Made by a program: the position numbers and the translations under genes
Notes under the pieces: generated by a model
What the model saw: the letters and a program-made list of their open reading frames with translations, nothing else
Database searches by the model: none
What the model was told of the DNA's origin: nothing
Shown here: one piece after another, positions 52,657-61,694 of the stretch
Numbering within the stretch: position 1 is the stretch's first letter
How the letters are laid out: each line of letters starts with the position of its first letter
Origin: an uncultured Anaerolineae bacterium
Lineage (GTDB): Bacteria; Chloroflexota; Anaerolineae; VGOG01
Reading direction: 5' to 3'
Length of the DNA stretch: 64,000 nucleotides
Assembly: GCA_964390805.1 (NCBI GenBank)
Contig: CAYMKL010000010.1
Location: forward strand, 12,158 to 76,157

Positions 52657-53673
52657 ATGTCCTCGAATCGCAGTAAAGCCATCGAGGTATCCAACCTCAC
52701 CAAATACTATCGCGACTTGCTGGCGGTGGACCACATCAGCTTCGAGGTGTACCAGGGCGAGGTCTTCGGTTTCCTGGGGCCCAACGGGGCGGGCAAGACG
52801 ACCACCCAACGCATGCTCACCACACTTCTGGAGCCGACCGAGGGTCGCATCGTCATCAACGGCCACGACCTGGCCCACGACGCCTACCCGGTCAAGCGGA
52901 AAATGGGACTGGTGCCAGAAGAATCCAATGTCTACACCGAACTGACCGCCTGGGACAACCTGATGTTCACTGCCCGACTCTACCGAGTGCCCAGGGCCGA
53001 GCGGGCGACGCGAGTGCGCGAACTGCTGGAGACCTTCGGCCTGTGGGAGAAGCGGGACGTGAAGGTGGAGGACTTCTCCAAAGGGATGCGCCGACGCTTG
53101 AGCATTGCTATGGCCATCATTCATAAGCCAACGCTTCTCTTCTTGGACGAGCCGACGCCGGGGCTAGATGCTCAGAGCGCCCGGGCCATCCGGGGCTTGA
53201 TTCGTCAATTGCACGCCGCAGGGACGACCGTTTTTCTGACCACGCACCAGATCGAAGAGGCCAACCAGTTGTGCGACCGGGTGGCCATCATCAACCACGG
53301 GCAGATCGCGGCCATTGATACCCCGGAGCGGCTGAAGCGAGCCTTCCAGCGGGTGCAGTCAGTGGAAGTGGCACTGGAGCCGGATGGACAATTGCATGGA
53401 GATGCTTTGGCTGGGTTGCCAGGTGTGACCACGTCAGTCAAAAGGGGCGACAAGTGGCGGCTGTACACGGAGGATCCCGCGGCCTTGCTGCCCCGGGTGA
53501 TGGACTATGCCCGCTCGCACGGGCTGAAGGTGGTCAGCCTGAGCACCCTGGGTCCCAGCCTGGAGGATGTCTTCCTGGAAATCACGGGGCAACAGGTGGG
53601 CACCGTGCGTCATGAAACGCAAGAGGCGGGAAGCCGGAGGAAAGGGGCTGGGGGCAAGAGGGGAGTTTGGTGA
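52657..53673 (+). CDS. ABC transporter ATP-binding protein (ABC-2 / DrrA-like)
   Basis: Walker A 'GPNGAGKTT'. Signature 'FSKGMRRRLSIAMA'. Walker B 'LLFLDEPTPGLD'. Confidence 0.9.
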   Translation: MSSNRSKAIEVSNLTKYYRDLLAVDHISFEVYQGEVFGFLGPNGAGKTTTQRMLTTLLEPTEGRIVINGHDLAHDAYPVKRKMGLVPEESNVYTELTAWDNLMFTARLYRVPRAERATRVRELLETFGLWEKRDVKVEDFSKGMRRRLSIAMAIIHKPTLLFLDEPTPGLDAQSARAIRGLIRQLHAAGTTVFLTTHQIEEANQLCDRVAIINHGQIAAIDTPERLKRAFQRVQSVEVALEPDGQLHGDALAGLPGVTTSVKRGDKWRLYTEDPAALLPRVMDYARSHGLKVVSLSTLGPSLEDVFLEITGQQVGTVRHETQEAGSRRKGAGGKRGVW

Positions 53674-54437
53674 TGAGAGATAGAGGGTTGGGACGACTAC
53701 GCGATGAACTGGCCCAGGCTTGGAATGTAGCTGTCAAAGACATCAAGGTCTACTATCTGACGCCGCCGATGGTTATGTTCGGCCTGATGATGCCATTCTT
53801 CATGTTCTTCTCCTTCTCAGTGCGGCGGGAGATGGCGGCAGCGCAGAGCGTCGCCCGGTTGCTGGCCCTGACCACTTTCTTCACTGCCTCGTCGGCTGGA
53901 CCGGTGATTATCCCTCTGGAGCGGCGGATGGGCACCTACGACCGGTTGCTGGCGGCGCCGATGTTGCTCGTTACCCTGTTGCTGGGCAAGTCTCTAGTGG
54001 GAACCTTCTTCGCCGTGGCGGTGTCGGCAATACCGTTGTTGGTAGGACTACTATGGCTGCGTGTGACCGTGGCCAACGTCGAGCTACTGGCGCTGGGGTT
54101 GGTGGTGGCAAGCATGGCCTTCTCGGCCTTTGGTTTGGCTTTTGCTTCGATCCCCACTCGGTCGGTGGGCAGCATTATGATGCCCAGCACGCTGATCCGC
54201 TGGCCGCTGCTGTTCGTCAGCGGTGTCTTCATCCCTCTGGAGGAGATGGCGACCTGGATGCGCGCCCTGGCCTACGTCTCGCCGCTGACCTATGCCCAGG
54301 ACTTGATGAACCACCTTGTGTCCGGGAAGGGCTTGCTCAATCCATGGCTGGACCTGGTTGCTCTGTTGCTGAGTGGGGTTTTGTTTTTGCTGATAGCCGT
54401 GTATATGCACCGACGGTCCCGCAGATTGGGGTATTGA
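53667..54437 (+). CDS. ABC-2 type transporter permease
   Basis: 6 TM helices. Translationally coupled to the ATPase. Confidence 0.8.
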   Translation: MVMRDRGLGRLRDELAQAWNVAVKDIKVYYLTPPMVMFGLMMPFFMFFSFSVRREMAAAQSVARLLALTTFFTASSAGPVIIPLERRMGTYDRLLAAPMLLVTLLLGKSLVGTFFAVAVSAIPLLVGLLWLRVTVANVELLALGLVVASMAFSAFGLAFASIPTRSVGSIMMPSTLIRWPLLFVSGVFIPLEEMATWMRALAYVSPLTYAQDLMNHLVSGKGLLNPWLDLVALLLSGVLFLLIAVYMHRRSRRLGY

Positions 54438-54487
54438 TCGGTGGAGAGTGAAATGACTGATGATATGTTGGCGGAAAAACATGCCTA

Positions 54488-54570
54488 CATGCTATCAGAT
54501 GACTTGCCCAAGTGTGGCACCAAAATAGCCCGTGAGTGAGCGATGAAAGCCACTTGCGTGGTAGACAAAG
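54488..54570 (+). pseudogene. remnant duplicating the junction of the Zn-ribbon gene 3' end and the MBL gene 5' end (copy of ~49389..49470)
   Basis: 'atgctatcagatgacttgcccaagtgtggcaccaaaatagcccgtgagtgagcgatgaaagccacttgcgtggtagac' vs 49389-49470. Encodes '...CPKCGTKIARE*' then 'MKATCVVD'. Confidence 0.5.
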
Positions 54571-54579
54571 GAGGTTTCA

Positions 54580-55218
54580 TTGGAAAAGCTTCGCTGTGCT
54601 ATGTGTGGAGTACGGGTGTGCAGTGCCGAGCCCGGCACCGAGAAATATCCGCCTTTCTGCCCCATGCCTACGGAAACAGCCGTCCTCTCCAGAGCAGAGG
54701 AGGCATATCTGGGCCAGGACGATCTGCGAGAATTCGCCCTGGCTGCGGCTCGCACCGAGGCGGCAGGATATTGCAAGGAGCCCCGGGTGGAAGAGATCAT
54801 GAACTTCGCCCGGCGCATCGGAGCCCAGCGGTTGGGCATCGCCAGTTGCGTCGGCCTCCTCCGAGAGGCCCGCATCTTGCAGCAGATCCTGGAGGCCAAT
54901 GGGTTCGAGGTGGACAGCGTCTGCTGTAAAGTGGGCTCCATTGACAAGGAGAAAATCGGTCTGAGAGACGAAGAGAAGATCCGTCCTGGGCAGTATGAAT
55001 CCCTCTGCAACCCTGTGGGACAGGCCATGTTACTGAACAAAGCCGGCACAGAGTTGAATATCGTCGTGGGGCTATGTGTCGGCCACGACAGTCTCTTCTT
55101 CAAACACTCCGATGCGCCGGTCACAGTGCTGGTGGCCAAGGACCGCGTTACGGGCCACAACCCCGTGGCTGCTCTTTACACCAGCCATTCCTACTACAAG
55201 CGGCTGCGAGGGCAGTGA
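54580..55218 (+). CDS. DUF1847-family Cys-rich protein
   Basis: 'MEKLRCAMCGVRVC...YPPFCPMP ... CVGLL ... CVGHDSLFFKHSD'. Confidence 0.55.
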   Translation: MEKLRCAMCGVRVCSAEPGTEKYPPFCPMPTETAVLSRAEEAYLGQDDLREFALAAARTEAAGYCKEPRVEEIMNFARRIGAQRLGIASCVGLLREARILQQILEANGFEVDSVCCKVGSIDKEKIGLRDEEKIRPGQYESLCNPVGQAMLLNKAGTELNIVVGLCVGHDSLFFKHSDAPVTVLVAKDRVTGHNPVAALYTSHSYYKRLRGQ

Positions 55219-55260
55219 TGATTCCAAGGCAACACCACGAATTGCTGAGGGAGGCATAAG

Positions 55261-55464
55261 ATGTGTCAGGCAACAGTGTATCTGGCCGGCGACGGCCAGG
55301 AAGAGGAAATCATGCGGGACGTAATCCTGCTGGAGCCAGTGGCGAACGGCGTTCGGCTGGCTACCTTTTTTGAGGAGCCGCAGACGGTACGGGCGCGCAT
55401 CCAGCGGATTGATTTTCTGAAGCATACCGTCACCTTGGTGCCAGAGGTGGAGGGGGAGGGGTAA
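55261..55464 (+). CDS. cooT: CooT-family small nickel-binding protein
   Basis: Starts 'MC' (Cys2). 'MCQATVYLAGDGQEEEIMRDVILLEPVANGVRLATFFEEPQTVRARIQRIDFLKHTVTL'. 67 aa. Confidence 0.6.
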   Translation: MCQATVYLAGDGQEEEIMRDVILLEPVANGVRLATFFEEPQTVRARIQRIDFLKHTVTLVPEVEGEG

Positions 55465-55465
55465 G

Positions 55466-55681
55466 ATGGCGGACATGACCGATCTACAAAAACTGCGGAT
55501 ACTATTGCCACACTGGATAGAGCACAACGCCGAGCACGCAGCCGAGTTCCGGGAGTGGGCAGAGCGAGCCCGCGCTGCGGGACGGGAAGGCGTGGCTTCG
55601 GACATCGGCCTGGCCGCTGAAGAGATGGAATGGGTCAACGGGGAACTGGCGGCGGCTCTAGAGAAGCTGGGCCAGGAATGA
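55466..55681 (+). CDS. hypothetical small protein
   Basis: 'LPHWIEHNAEHAAEFREWAERA'. No family recognised. Confidence 0.3.
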   Translation: MADMTDLQKLRILLPHWIEHNAEHAAEFREWAERARAAGREGVASDIGLAAEEMEWVNGELAAALEKLGQE

Positions 55682-56673
55682 CGAAATACGTTTACGGCCC
55701 GGTCCCTTCGCGGCGGCTGGGTCAGTCACTTGGAGTGGATCCCATCCCCTTCAAGACCTGCAACTACAACTGCGTCTATTGCCAGTTGGGTCGCACCACG
55801 CCCCTCACCAACGAACGCAGAGACTTCTTTCCTCGAGAGGAGATTCTGGCCCAGGTGCAGGACGCGCTGGAAATCCACCAGCCCGGCGAGGTGGACTACG
55901 TGACCTTCGTCGGCCAGGGGGAGCCCACGCTGTGCGCCGGCCTGGGGTGGCTCATTTGCCAGGTCAAGGCCCTCACCCACATCCCGGTGGCCGTCCTCAC
56001 CAACGGCGCACTCCTCTTCCAGCCAGAGGTGCGGGAGGAACTGGCTGCTGCCGACCTGGTGATGCCCACCCTCGACGCGGCCAACCAGGAGGCTTTCCGC
56101 AGGATCAACCGCCCCTGGCCCCGCTTCCGCATAGCCGAGATCATCGAGGGGATGGCGGCCTTCCGGACGATGTTCACAGGCCAGCTCTGGATAGAGGTGA
56201 TGCTGGTCAGGGGGCTGAACGACGACGAGGCGACGCTTTTGGGCATCCGCGATGCCCTGGTCCGCATCCGCCCTGACCGAGTGCAGATCAATGTGCCCGT
56301 CCGTCCGCCGGCCGAGCCCTGGGTGGAGATCCCCAACGACGAGGCCGTCGAGCGTGCCACGGCCATCCTGGGCGAGGCGGCCGAAGTCGTCGCTCCCTAC
56401 GAGGGGCACTTCGGCCTCTCCGGCTTCGCGGACGTGGCCGAGGCGATACTGGCCATCATCCGTCGCCACCCGATGCGCCAGCGGCGGCTGGTAGAGACGC
56501 TGGACAGGTGGGCGCCGGGCGAGGTGGAGGGGACGCTGGCCCGGTTGGAGTCTGGCGGCCAGGCCCGAAAGCATCTTTACCGGAGTGAAGTTTTCTGGGA
56601 ATACGCTGGCAGAGTTTTCGGCGAACAGCGTCCTGAGCCCGCCGAAGGAAGGAGAGTGCACCGTGAACGTTGA
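55678..56673 (+). CDS. radical SAM domain protein
   Basis: CX3CX2C 'CNYNCVYC'. 'GEPTL' glycine-rich motif. Confidence 0.85.
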   Translation: MTKYVYGPVPSRRLGQSLGVDPIPFKTCNYNCVYCQLGRTTPLTNERRDFFPREEILAQVQDALEIHQPGEVDYVTFVGQGEPTLCAGLGWLICQVKALTHIPVAVLTNGALLFQPEVREELAAADLVMPTLDAANQEAFRRINRPWPRFRIAEIIEGMAAFRTMFTGQLWIEVMLVRGLNDDEATLLGIRDALVRIRPDRVQINVPVRPPAEPWVEIPNDEAVERATAILGEAAEVVAPYEGHFGLSGFADVAEAILAIIRRHPMRQRRLVETLDRWAPGEVEGTLARLESGGQARKHLYRSEVFWEYAGRVFGEQRPEPAEGRRVHRER

Positions 56674-57853
56674 ACGCTGGGGTTGGTATTCTATAATGGT
56701 CAACGTCGCTCTGGGGCTGATCAACCTGGTCATCGCCAGAGCCTCCGGCAGCCTGGCTGTGGAGGCAGAGATGGTCCACAACCTGGTGGACCTGCTGACG
56801 GCGGTGGCGGTGCTCATCGGGCTGAGACTCTCGACGCGCAAGTCCAAGGATTTTCCCTACGGCCTGTACAAACTGGAGAACGTGGTGGCCGTGGTGCTGG
56901 CGGTGATGATCTTCTTCACCGCTTACGAGATCGCCCGGGATGCCCTCTTCACGCCGGCGCGCCAGGCCACGGTGGATCCCTGGATGCTGGTGGGGCTGGT
57001 GGTGGCGACGGTCATCCCGCTGGTTTTCAGTCACTTCGAGTTGCGCGCTGGGAAGGCGGCCAATTCCCCCTCCCTCATCGCCGACGCCAAGGAGTACCGC
57101 GCCCACGTCTTCACCACGGGCATCGTCTTTGCCGCGCTGTTGGCCCAGCGGTTCAATCTCCCGCTGGACCGCATCGCGGCGTTGGTCATTGTGGTTGCCA
57201 TCGCCAAGACGGGCTGGGAGTTGCTCTCTGATGGGATGCGCGTGCTGCTCGATGCCTCGCTGGACGCCGATACCGTCCTCCAAATCCGGGACATCATCAC
57301 TGCCGAGCCGACGGTGGCCGAGCTCAAGTGGGCCACCGGGCGCAATGCTGGCCGCTTTCGCTTCGTGGAGGCCGAGGTCGCCCTGCGAGTTCGCGAGCTG
57401 GAGCAGGCGGAGGCCACCACCCGGCGCATTGAGGAGCGAATCCGAGAGGCCGTGCCCTATGTGGACCGGGTGCTGATCCACGCCGAACCGATGGAGCGGA
57501 CGCACCTGCGCTACGCCGCCCCGTTGAGCGACACAGCGGGCACGCTGAGCGAGCATTTGGGCGAGGCTCCCTACTTCGCCCTGGTCACAGTGCGCCTGAC
57601 CGATGACACCATCGAGGAACAGCAAATCGTGGCCAATCCCCACCAGGCAGTGGAGAAAGCCAAGGGCATCCGGGTGGCCGAGTGGCTGGTGGGTCAGAAC
57701 GTGGATGTAGTACTGCTGAAGGAGAGCCTGCGTGGCAAAGGACCGGTCTACGTCTTCGGCGACGCCGGGGTGGAGATGCAGGAAACCACCGCGACGACGC
57801 TGGAGGAGGCGCTGACGGAAACGACCCAGAGCCGAGAAAGGATCAAGAGGTAG
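56663..57853 (+). CDS. cation diffusion facilitator (CDF) transporter fused to a C-terminal NifX/NafY-like (PF02579-like) domain
   Basis: CDF TM core 'SLAVEAEMVHNLVDLLTAVAVLIGLRLS...'. C-terminal 'SDTAGTLSEHLGEAPYFALVTV...IRVAEWLVGQNVDVVLL...VFGDAGV' resembles the 37138 and 37782 proteins. Confidence 0.7.
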   Translation: MNVERWGWYSIMVNVALGLINLVIARASGSLAVEAEMVHNLVDLLTAVAVLIGLRLSTRKSKDFPYGLYKLENVVAVVLAVMIFFTAYEIARDALFTPARQATVDPWMLVGLVVATVIPLVFSHFELRAGKAANSPSLIADAKEYRAHVFTTGIVFAALLAQRFNLPLDRIAALVIVVAIAKTGWELLSDGMRVLLDASLDADTVLQIRDIITAEPTVAELKWATGRNAGRFRFVEAEVALRVRELEQAEATTRRIEERIREAVPYVDRVLIHAEPMERTHLRYAAPLSDTAGTLSEHLGEAPYFALVTVRLTDDTIEEQQIVANPHQAVEKAKGIRVAEWLVGQNVDVVLLKESLRGKGPVYVFGDAGVEMQETTATTLEEALTETTQSRERIKR

Positions 57854-58047
57854 ATACCATAAAGCGAAACGCCACTGGACAACATCCTGGCGCCGTACAC
57901 GACGCTCCGGGGCACCCGATTCCAAATTGACAGCCCCCTCCGGATACGATATAATGGGAGGGGGTGTTTCATTACCAGTTGGGGGGAATCCTTGCGAAGG
58001 TTTGGGCAACGATTCCAATCCATGAGAAAACCGTTGGAGTGAAGGGC

Positions 58048-58737
58048 ATGGGGGAGGGAAGGATACTGGTCGTTGAGGACGAGCCGAGCATCCGTGAGGT
58101 GGTTAGCCTCTACCTGCGGCGCGCCGGCTACCAGGTCACCGCCGTCGAAGACGGGCAGGCGGCGCTGGAGAGCCTCGCCCGCCAGACGCCCGACCTGATC
58201 GTGCTGGACCTGATGCTGCCCAAGGTGGACGGGCTGGAGATCACCCGTTGGCTGAGGGAGCGGGGCGATACGCCGATCATCATGCTCACCGCCCGCCGCG
58301 AGGAGCACGACCGCATCGCCGGACTGGAGATGGGCGCCGATGACTATGTCGTCAAGCCCTTCAGTCCCCAGGAACTGGTCAGCCGGGTGCGGGCCGTGCT
58401 GCGCCGGGCCCAGAGAGGCGGGATGACCAGCACCGAGCAGCCGCTGGTCTATGGTGACCTGGGCATAGACCCCCAGACCCGCCTGGTGACGGTCGGCGGT
58501 GAGGAAAAAACGCTCACCGCCAAAGAGTTCGACCTGCTGTGGACGTTGGCCCGCCACCCACGCCAGGTGTTCACCCGCGATCAACTGCTCGACCTGGTGT
58601 GGGGCCTGGCCGAGTACATTGACCCCAGCACCGTGACGGTGCACGTGCGCCGCCTTCGGGAGAAGATCGAGGCCGACCCCAGCAACCCGGTCCACATCCA
58701 GACGGTGTGGGGCGTTGGCTACAAGTTTGAGCCGTGA
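58048..58737 (+). CDS. OmpR-family response regulator
   Basis: 'RILVVEDEPSIRE...LIVLDLMLPKVDG...PIIMLTAR'. Winged helix '...VHVRRLREKIE...IQTVWGVGYKF'. Confidence 0.9.
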   Translation: MGEGRILVVEDEPSIREVVSLYLRRAGYQVTAVEDGQAALESLARQTPDLIVLDLMLPKVDGLEITRWLRERGDTPIIMLTARREEHDRIAGLEMGADDYVVKPFSPQELVSRVRAVLRRAQRGGMTSTEQPLVYGDLGIDPQTRLVTVGGEEKTLTAKEFDLLWTLARHPRQVFTRDQLLDLVWGLAEYIDPSTVTVHVRRLREKIEADPSNPVHIQTVWGVGYKFEP

Positions 58738-58757
58738 GCGGTGGGAGGAGGGTTGTG

Positions 58758-60002
58758 ATGGAAGTTCAGCGTTCGTTCGGTCCGCACCTGCGCTTTGTTG
58801 GCGCCGTGGCCCTGACGATGGCGACGGCGCTGGGTTTCTTTTTCCTGCTCATGCGTCCGCCGATGCGGGACGTGGGCCTCGTGGCTCTCTTTCTAACGGT
58901 CACGGCGGCCATCTCGATAGCCGCTGGCTACGGGGCCTACCGCCTGGGCTGGGTTCATCGCTCGCCGCACATCAGTTGGACACTGCTGGGGGGCTATGCA
59001 CTGGCCAGCCTGTTGACCTTCCTCAACGTCTGGATCACGGCACGGCTGATGTTCGTCAGCGAGCACGACCTGCTCCTGGCGACGGTGCTGCTGCTTTTTG
59101 CCGGGGGAATCGCCATGTCGGTGGGCTACTTCCTGTCGCTGGCCCTGATTGACCGCATCGTCATACTCGACCGGGTGGCGAAAAAGGTCGCCCAGGGGGA
59201 TCTGGGTGTGCGCGTGCCGGTCATCGGCAACGACGAGATGGCCAGCCTAGCCCGCACCTTCAACGAGATGGCCGCCCGGCTCCAGGCCGCCGACGAGAGG
59301 CAGCGCGAACTGGACCGGCTGCGCCGCAACCTTATCGCCTGGGCTGGGCACGACCTGCGCACGCCGCTGGCCTCGATCCACGCCATCGTCGAGGCCCTGG
59401 CCGACGGCGTGGTGGACGATCCCGAGACTGTGGACCGCTACCTGGGCACCGCCAGCCGCGAGATTGACTCGCTCTCGCGGCTGATAGACGACCTGTTCGA
59501 GCTGGCCCAACTGGAGGCGGGCGGCCTGCGGCTGGAATTGCGACCCAATTCGCTCTCCGACCTGCTGTCGGACACGCTGGAGAGCTTTTCCGAGCTGGCG
59601 GTACAGCAGGGGATCACGCTGGGGGGGCGTGCCGACTCCGATGTGGACCCGGTGATGATGGATGCCCGGCAAATCGGGCGGGTGCTGTCGAACCTGCTGG
59701 GCAATGCGCTGCGGCACACGCCCTCTGGCGGGGCCGTGTACGCCCAGGCGACCAGGACAGCGGAGGGGGTGCAGGTAGAGGTCCGCGACACTGGCGAGGG
59801 CATTGATGCCGCAGACCTGCCCTACGTCTTTGAGCACTTTTATCGGGGCGACAAGTCGCGCAGCCGGGCCACCGGCGGTGCGGGCCTGGGCCTGGCCATC
59901 GCCAAGGGGATCGTCGAGGCCCACGACGGTTGGATCGGTCTGGAAAGCCCGCCCGGCGGGGGAACGCGGTTCTTTTTCACCCTGCCAGGGACAGCGACGT
60001 AA
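58758..60002 (+). CDS. sensor histidine kinase (TM-HAMP-HisKA-HATPase)
   Basis: H-box 'IAWAGHDLRTPLASI'. N-box 'LSNLLGNALRHT'. G-boxes 'DTGEGI' and 'GGAGLGLAI'. Confidence 0.9.
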   Translation: MEVQRSFGPHLRFVGAVALTMATALGFFFLLMRPPMRDVGLVALFLTVTAAISIAAGYGAYRLGWVHRSPHISWTLLGGYALASLLTFLNVWITARLMFVSEHDLLLATVLLLFAGGIAMSVGYFLSLALIDRIVILDRVAKKVAQGDLGVRVPVIGNDEMASLARTFNEMAARLQAADERQRELDRLRRNLIAWAGHDLRTPLASIHAIVEALADGVVDDPETVDRYLGTASREIDSLSRLIDDLFELAQLEAGGLRLELRPNSLSDLLSDTLESFSELAVQQGITLGGRADSDVDPVMMDARQIGRVLSNLLGNALRHTPSGGAVYAQATRTAEGVQVEVRDTGEGIDAADLPYVFEHFYRGDKSRSRATGGAGLGLAIAKGIVEAHDGWIGLESPPGGGTRFFFTLPGTAT

Positions 60003-60084
60003 TCATCTTGTAAGGATTGGATAATCTATTCTTAAGGATTGGGTGGTATCATAGAGACCAGATTTGGCGTGTGAGTAAAAGGAG

Positions 60085-61350
60085 ATGATAGATATGGCGG
60101 ATAGTCGCATCTTGATTATCGGAGGACTCGTTGTCCTCCTGATCGGTGGCGCGTTGGTTTGGACTCTTTTCAAGCCCGCGCCAGGGAGCAGTACGATGGA
60201 ATGTGAAGAGACAGGCGGAGGCGAGGTTTGCGCGAGTTCCTCCGGTGGGGACAACGGGCCCCGGATGGACTTTCAAAAGCCACCCCAGAGCGAATTGAGG
60301 ACAATGCTCACTCCCTTGCAGTACCATGTCACGCAGGAAAACGGGACGGAGCGCCCCTTCCAGAACGAGTACTGGGACAACCACCGGGAAGGCATCTACG
60401 TTGATGTGGTCTCGGGAGAGCCTCTCTTCAGTTCCCTGGACAAGTTCGACTCTGGCACTGGCTGGCCCAGTTTCACCACGCCGCTGGAGCCGGGGAACAT
60501 CGTGGAGGTGGCGGACAGGGCGCTGGGCATGGTCAGGATAGAGGTGAGAAGCCATCACGGGGACTCCCACCTGGGGCACGTCTTCCGCGACGGCCCGCCG
60601 CCCACCGGCTTGCGCTACTGCATCAACTCCGCGGCCCTGCGCTTCATCCCCAAGGAGGATTTGGAGAAAGAGGGCTACGGTGAATACCTGTCACCTCTCG
60701 CAATCCTCCCCACAGACACCGCCGCGCCCACCAACACGGCGACGGCGACGTTCGCGATGGGCTGATTCTGGGGACCCGACTCCCAGTTTGGGAGTCTCCC
60801 CGGTGTGGTACGGACCCGCGTCGGGTACGCTGGTGGCACCACCGAGAACCCTACGTATCACAATCTGGGCGGCCACTCCGAGACGATTCAGATCGAGTAC
60901 GATCCGACCCGGATTTCGTACCAGGAGTTGCTGGACGTCTTTTGGGCCGGTCACGCCCCGACCCGACCGGCTTGGTCGCGGCAATACGCCTCCCTCATCT
61001 TTTACCACGACGAGGAGCAGCGGCGGCTGGCCCAGGCATCGAAGGAGCGGTATGAAGCCCAGTGTGATTGTCAGGTTTATACCGAGATCATCCCGGCCAC
61101 CGCGTTCTACCTGGCCGAGGACTATCACCAAAAGTACCGGTTGCGACAGTCGTCCACCTTTATGAGCGAGTTTGCGACCATGTACCCCGACTCGGCCGAT
61201 TTCGTCAACTCGACGGCGGCGGCGCGGGTGAACGGCTACCTGGGCGGGCATGGCACGCTCGCCGACCTGCAGGCCGAGATTGAGGACCTGGGATTGTCTC
61301 CCGCGGTGCGAGAAAAGCTGCTGGACATCGTCCGAGGACGCCAGCGGTGA
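60085..61350 (+). CDS. msrBA: bifunctional peptide-methionine sulfoxide reductase MsrB-MsrA fusion; MsrA active-site residue encoded by in-frame TGA (candidate selenocysteine)
   Basis: MsrB 'GTGWPSF...RYCINSAAL'. Then '[18 protein letters not shown]...[11 protein letters not shown]' where MsrA has GCFWG. Both ORFs are in frame 1; TGA at 60763-60765. Confidence 0.75.
60770..60801 (+). ncRNA. candidate bacterial SECIS hairpin starting 5 nt after the TGA
   Basis: ggggaCCCgactccc-agttt-gggagtctcccc: a 7-bp perfect apical stem plus a 5-bp lower stem with a 3-nt bulge. Confidence 0.55.
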
Positions 61351-61391
61351 ATCTGCGAGGAGCGATTCAAGTGGAAAAACCGTTGCTGGCC

Positions 61392-61434
61392 CAGCTCCGT
61401 AGCCGTGGCATGAATCGCCACGGCTACGGAGCTG
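61392..61434. terminator. 17-bp perfect stem-loop downstream of msrBA (cagctccgtagccgtgg-catgaatcg-ccacggctacggagctg)
   Basis: Perfect inverted repeat. No U-tract, so it could be a terminator-like or REP-like RNA structure. Confidence 0.5.
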
Positions 61435-61694
61435 CCATCCCGTAAACGGGGTTCCTGAGCCCGACTTTATCGGGCGGAAGCTCCGCAGCACGGCGACTTC
61501 ATCGTCGTGCGATCTTTGGGCCTGGTGAGCCGCCCTCATAGTCAACCTCGGTCTATCGCAAACCCCCAAACATCTCACCCTCGGATTTGGACGTTCCAAC
61601 CCCCAATTTTGACGGTCCAATCGAAAAACATTGATTTTCGGTCTATTTTGTGCTATCATAGGAGCAGTGAGCTTCAAATGGAGGGCATTAGGCA

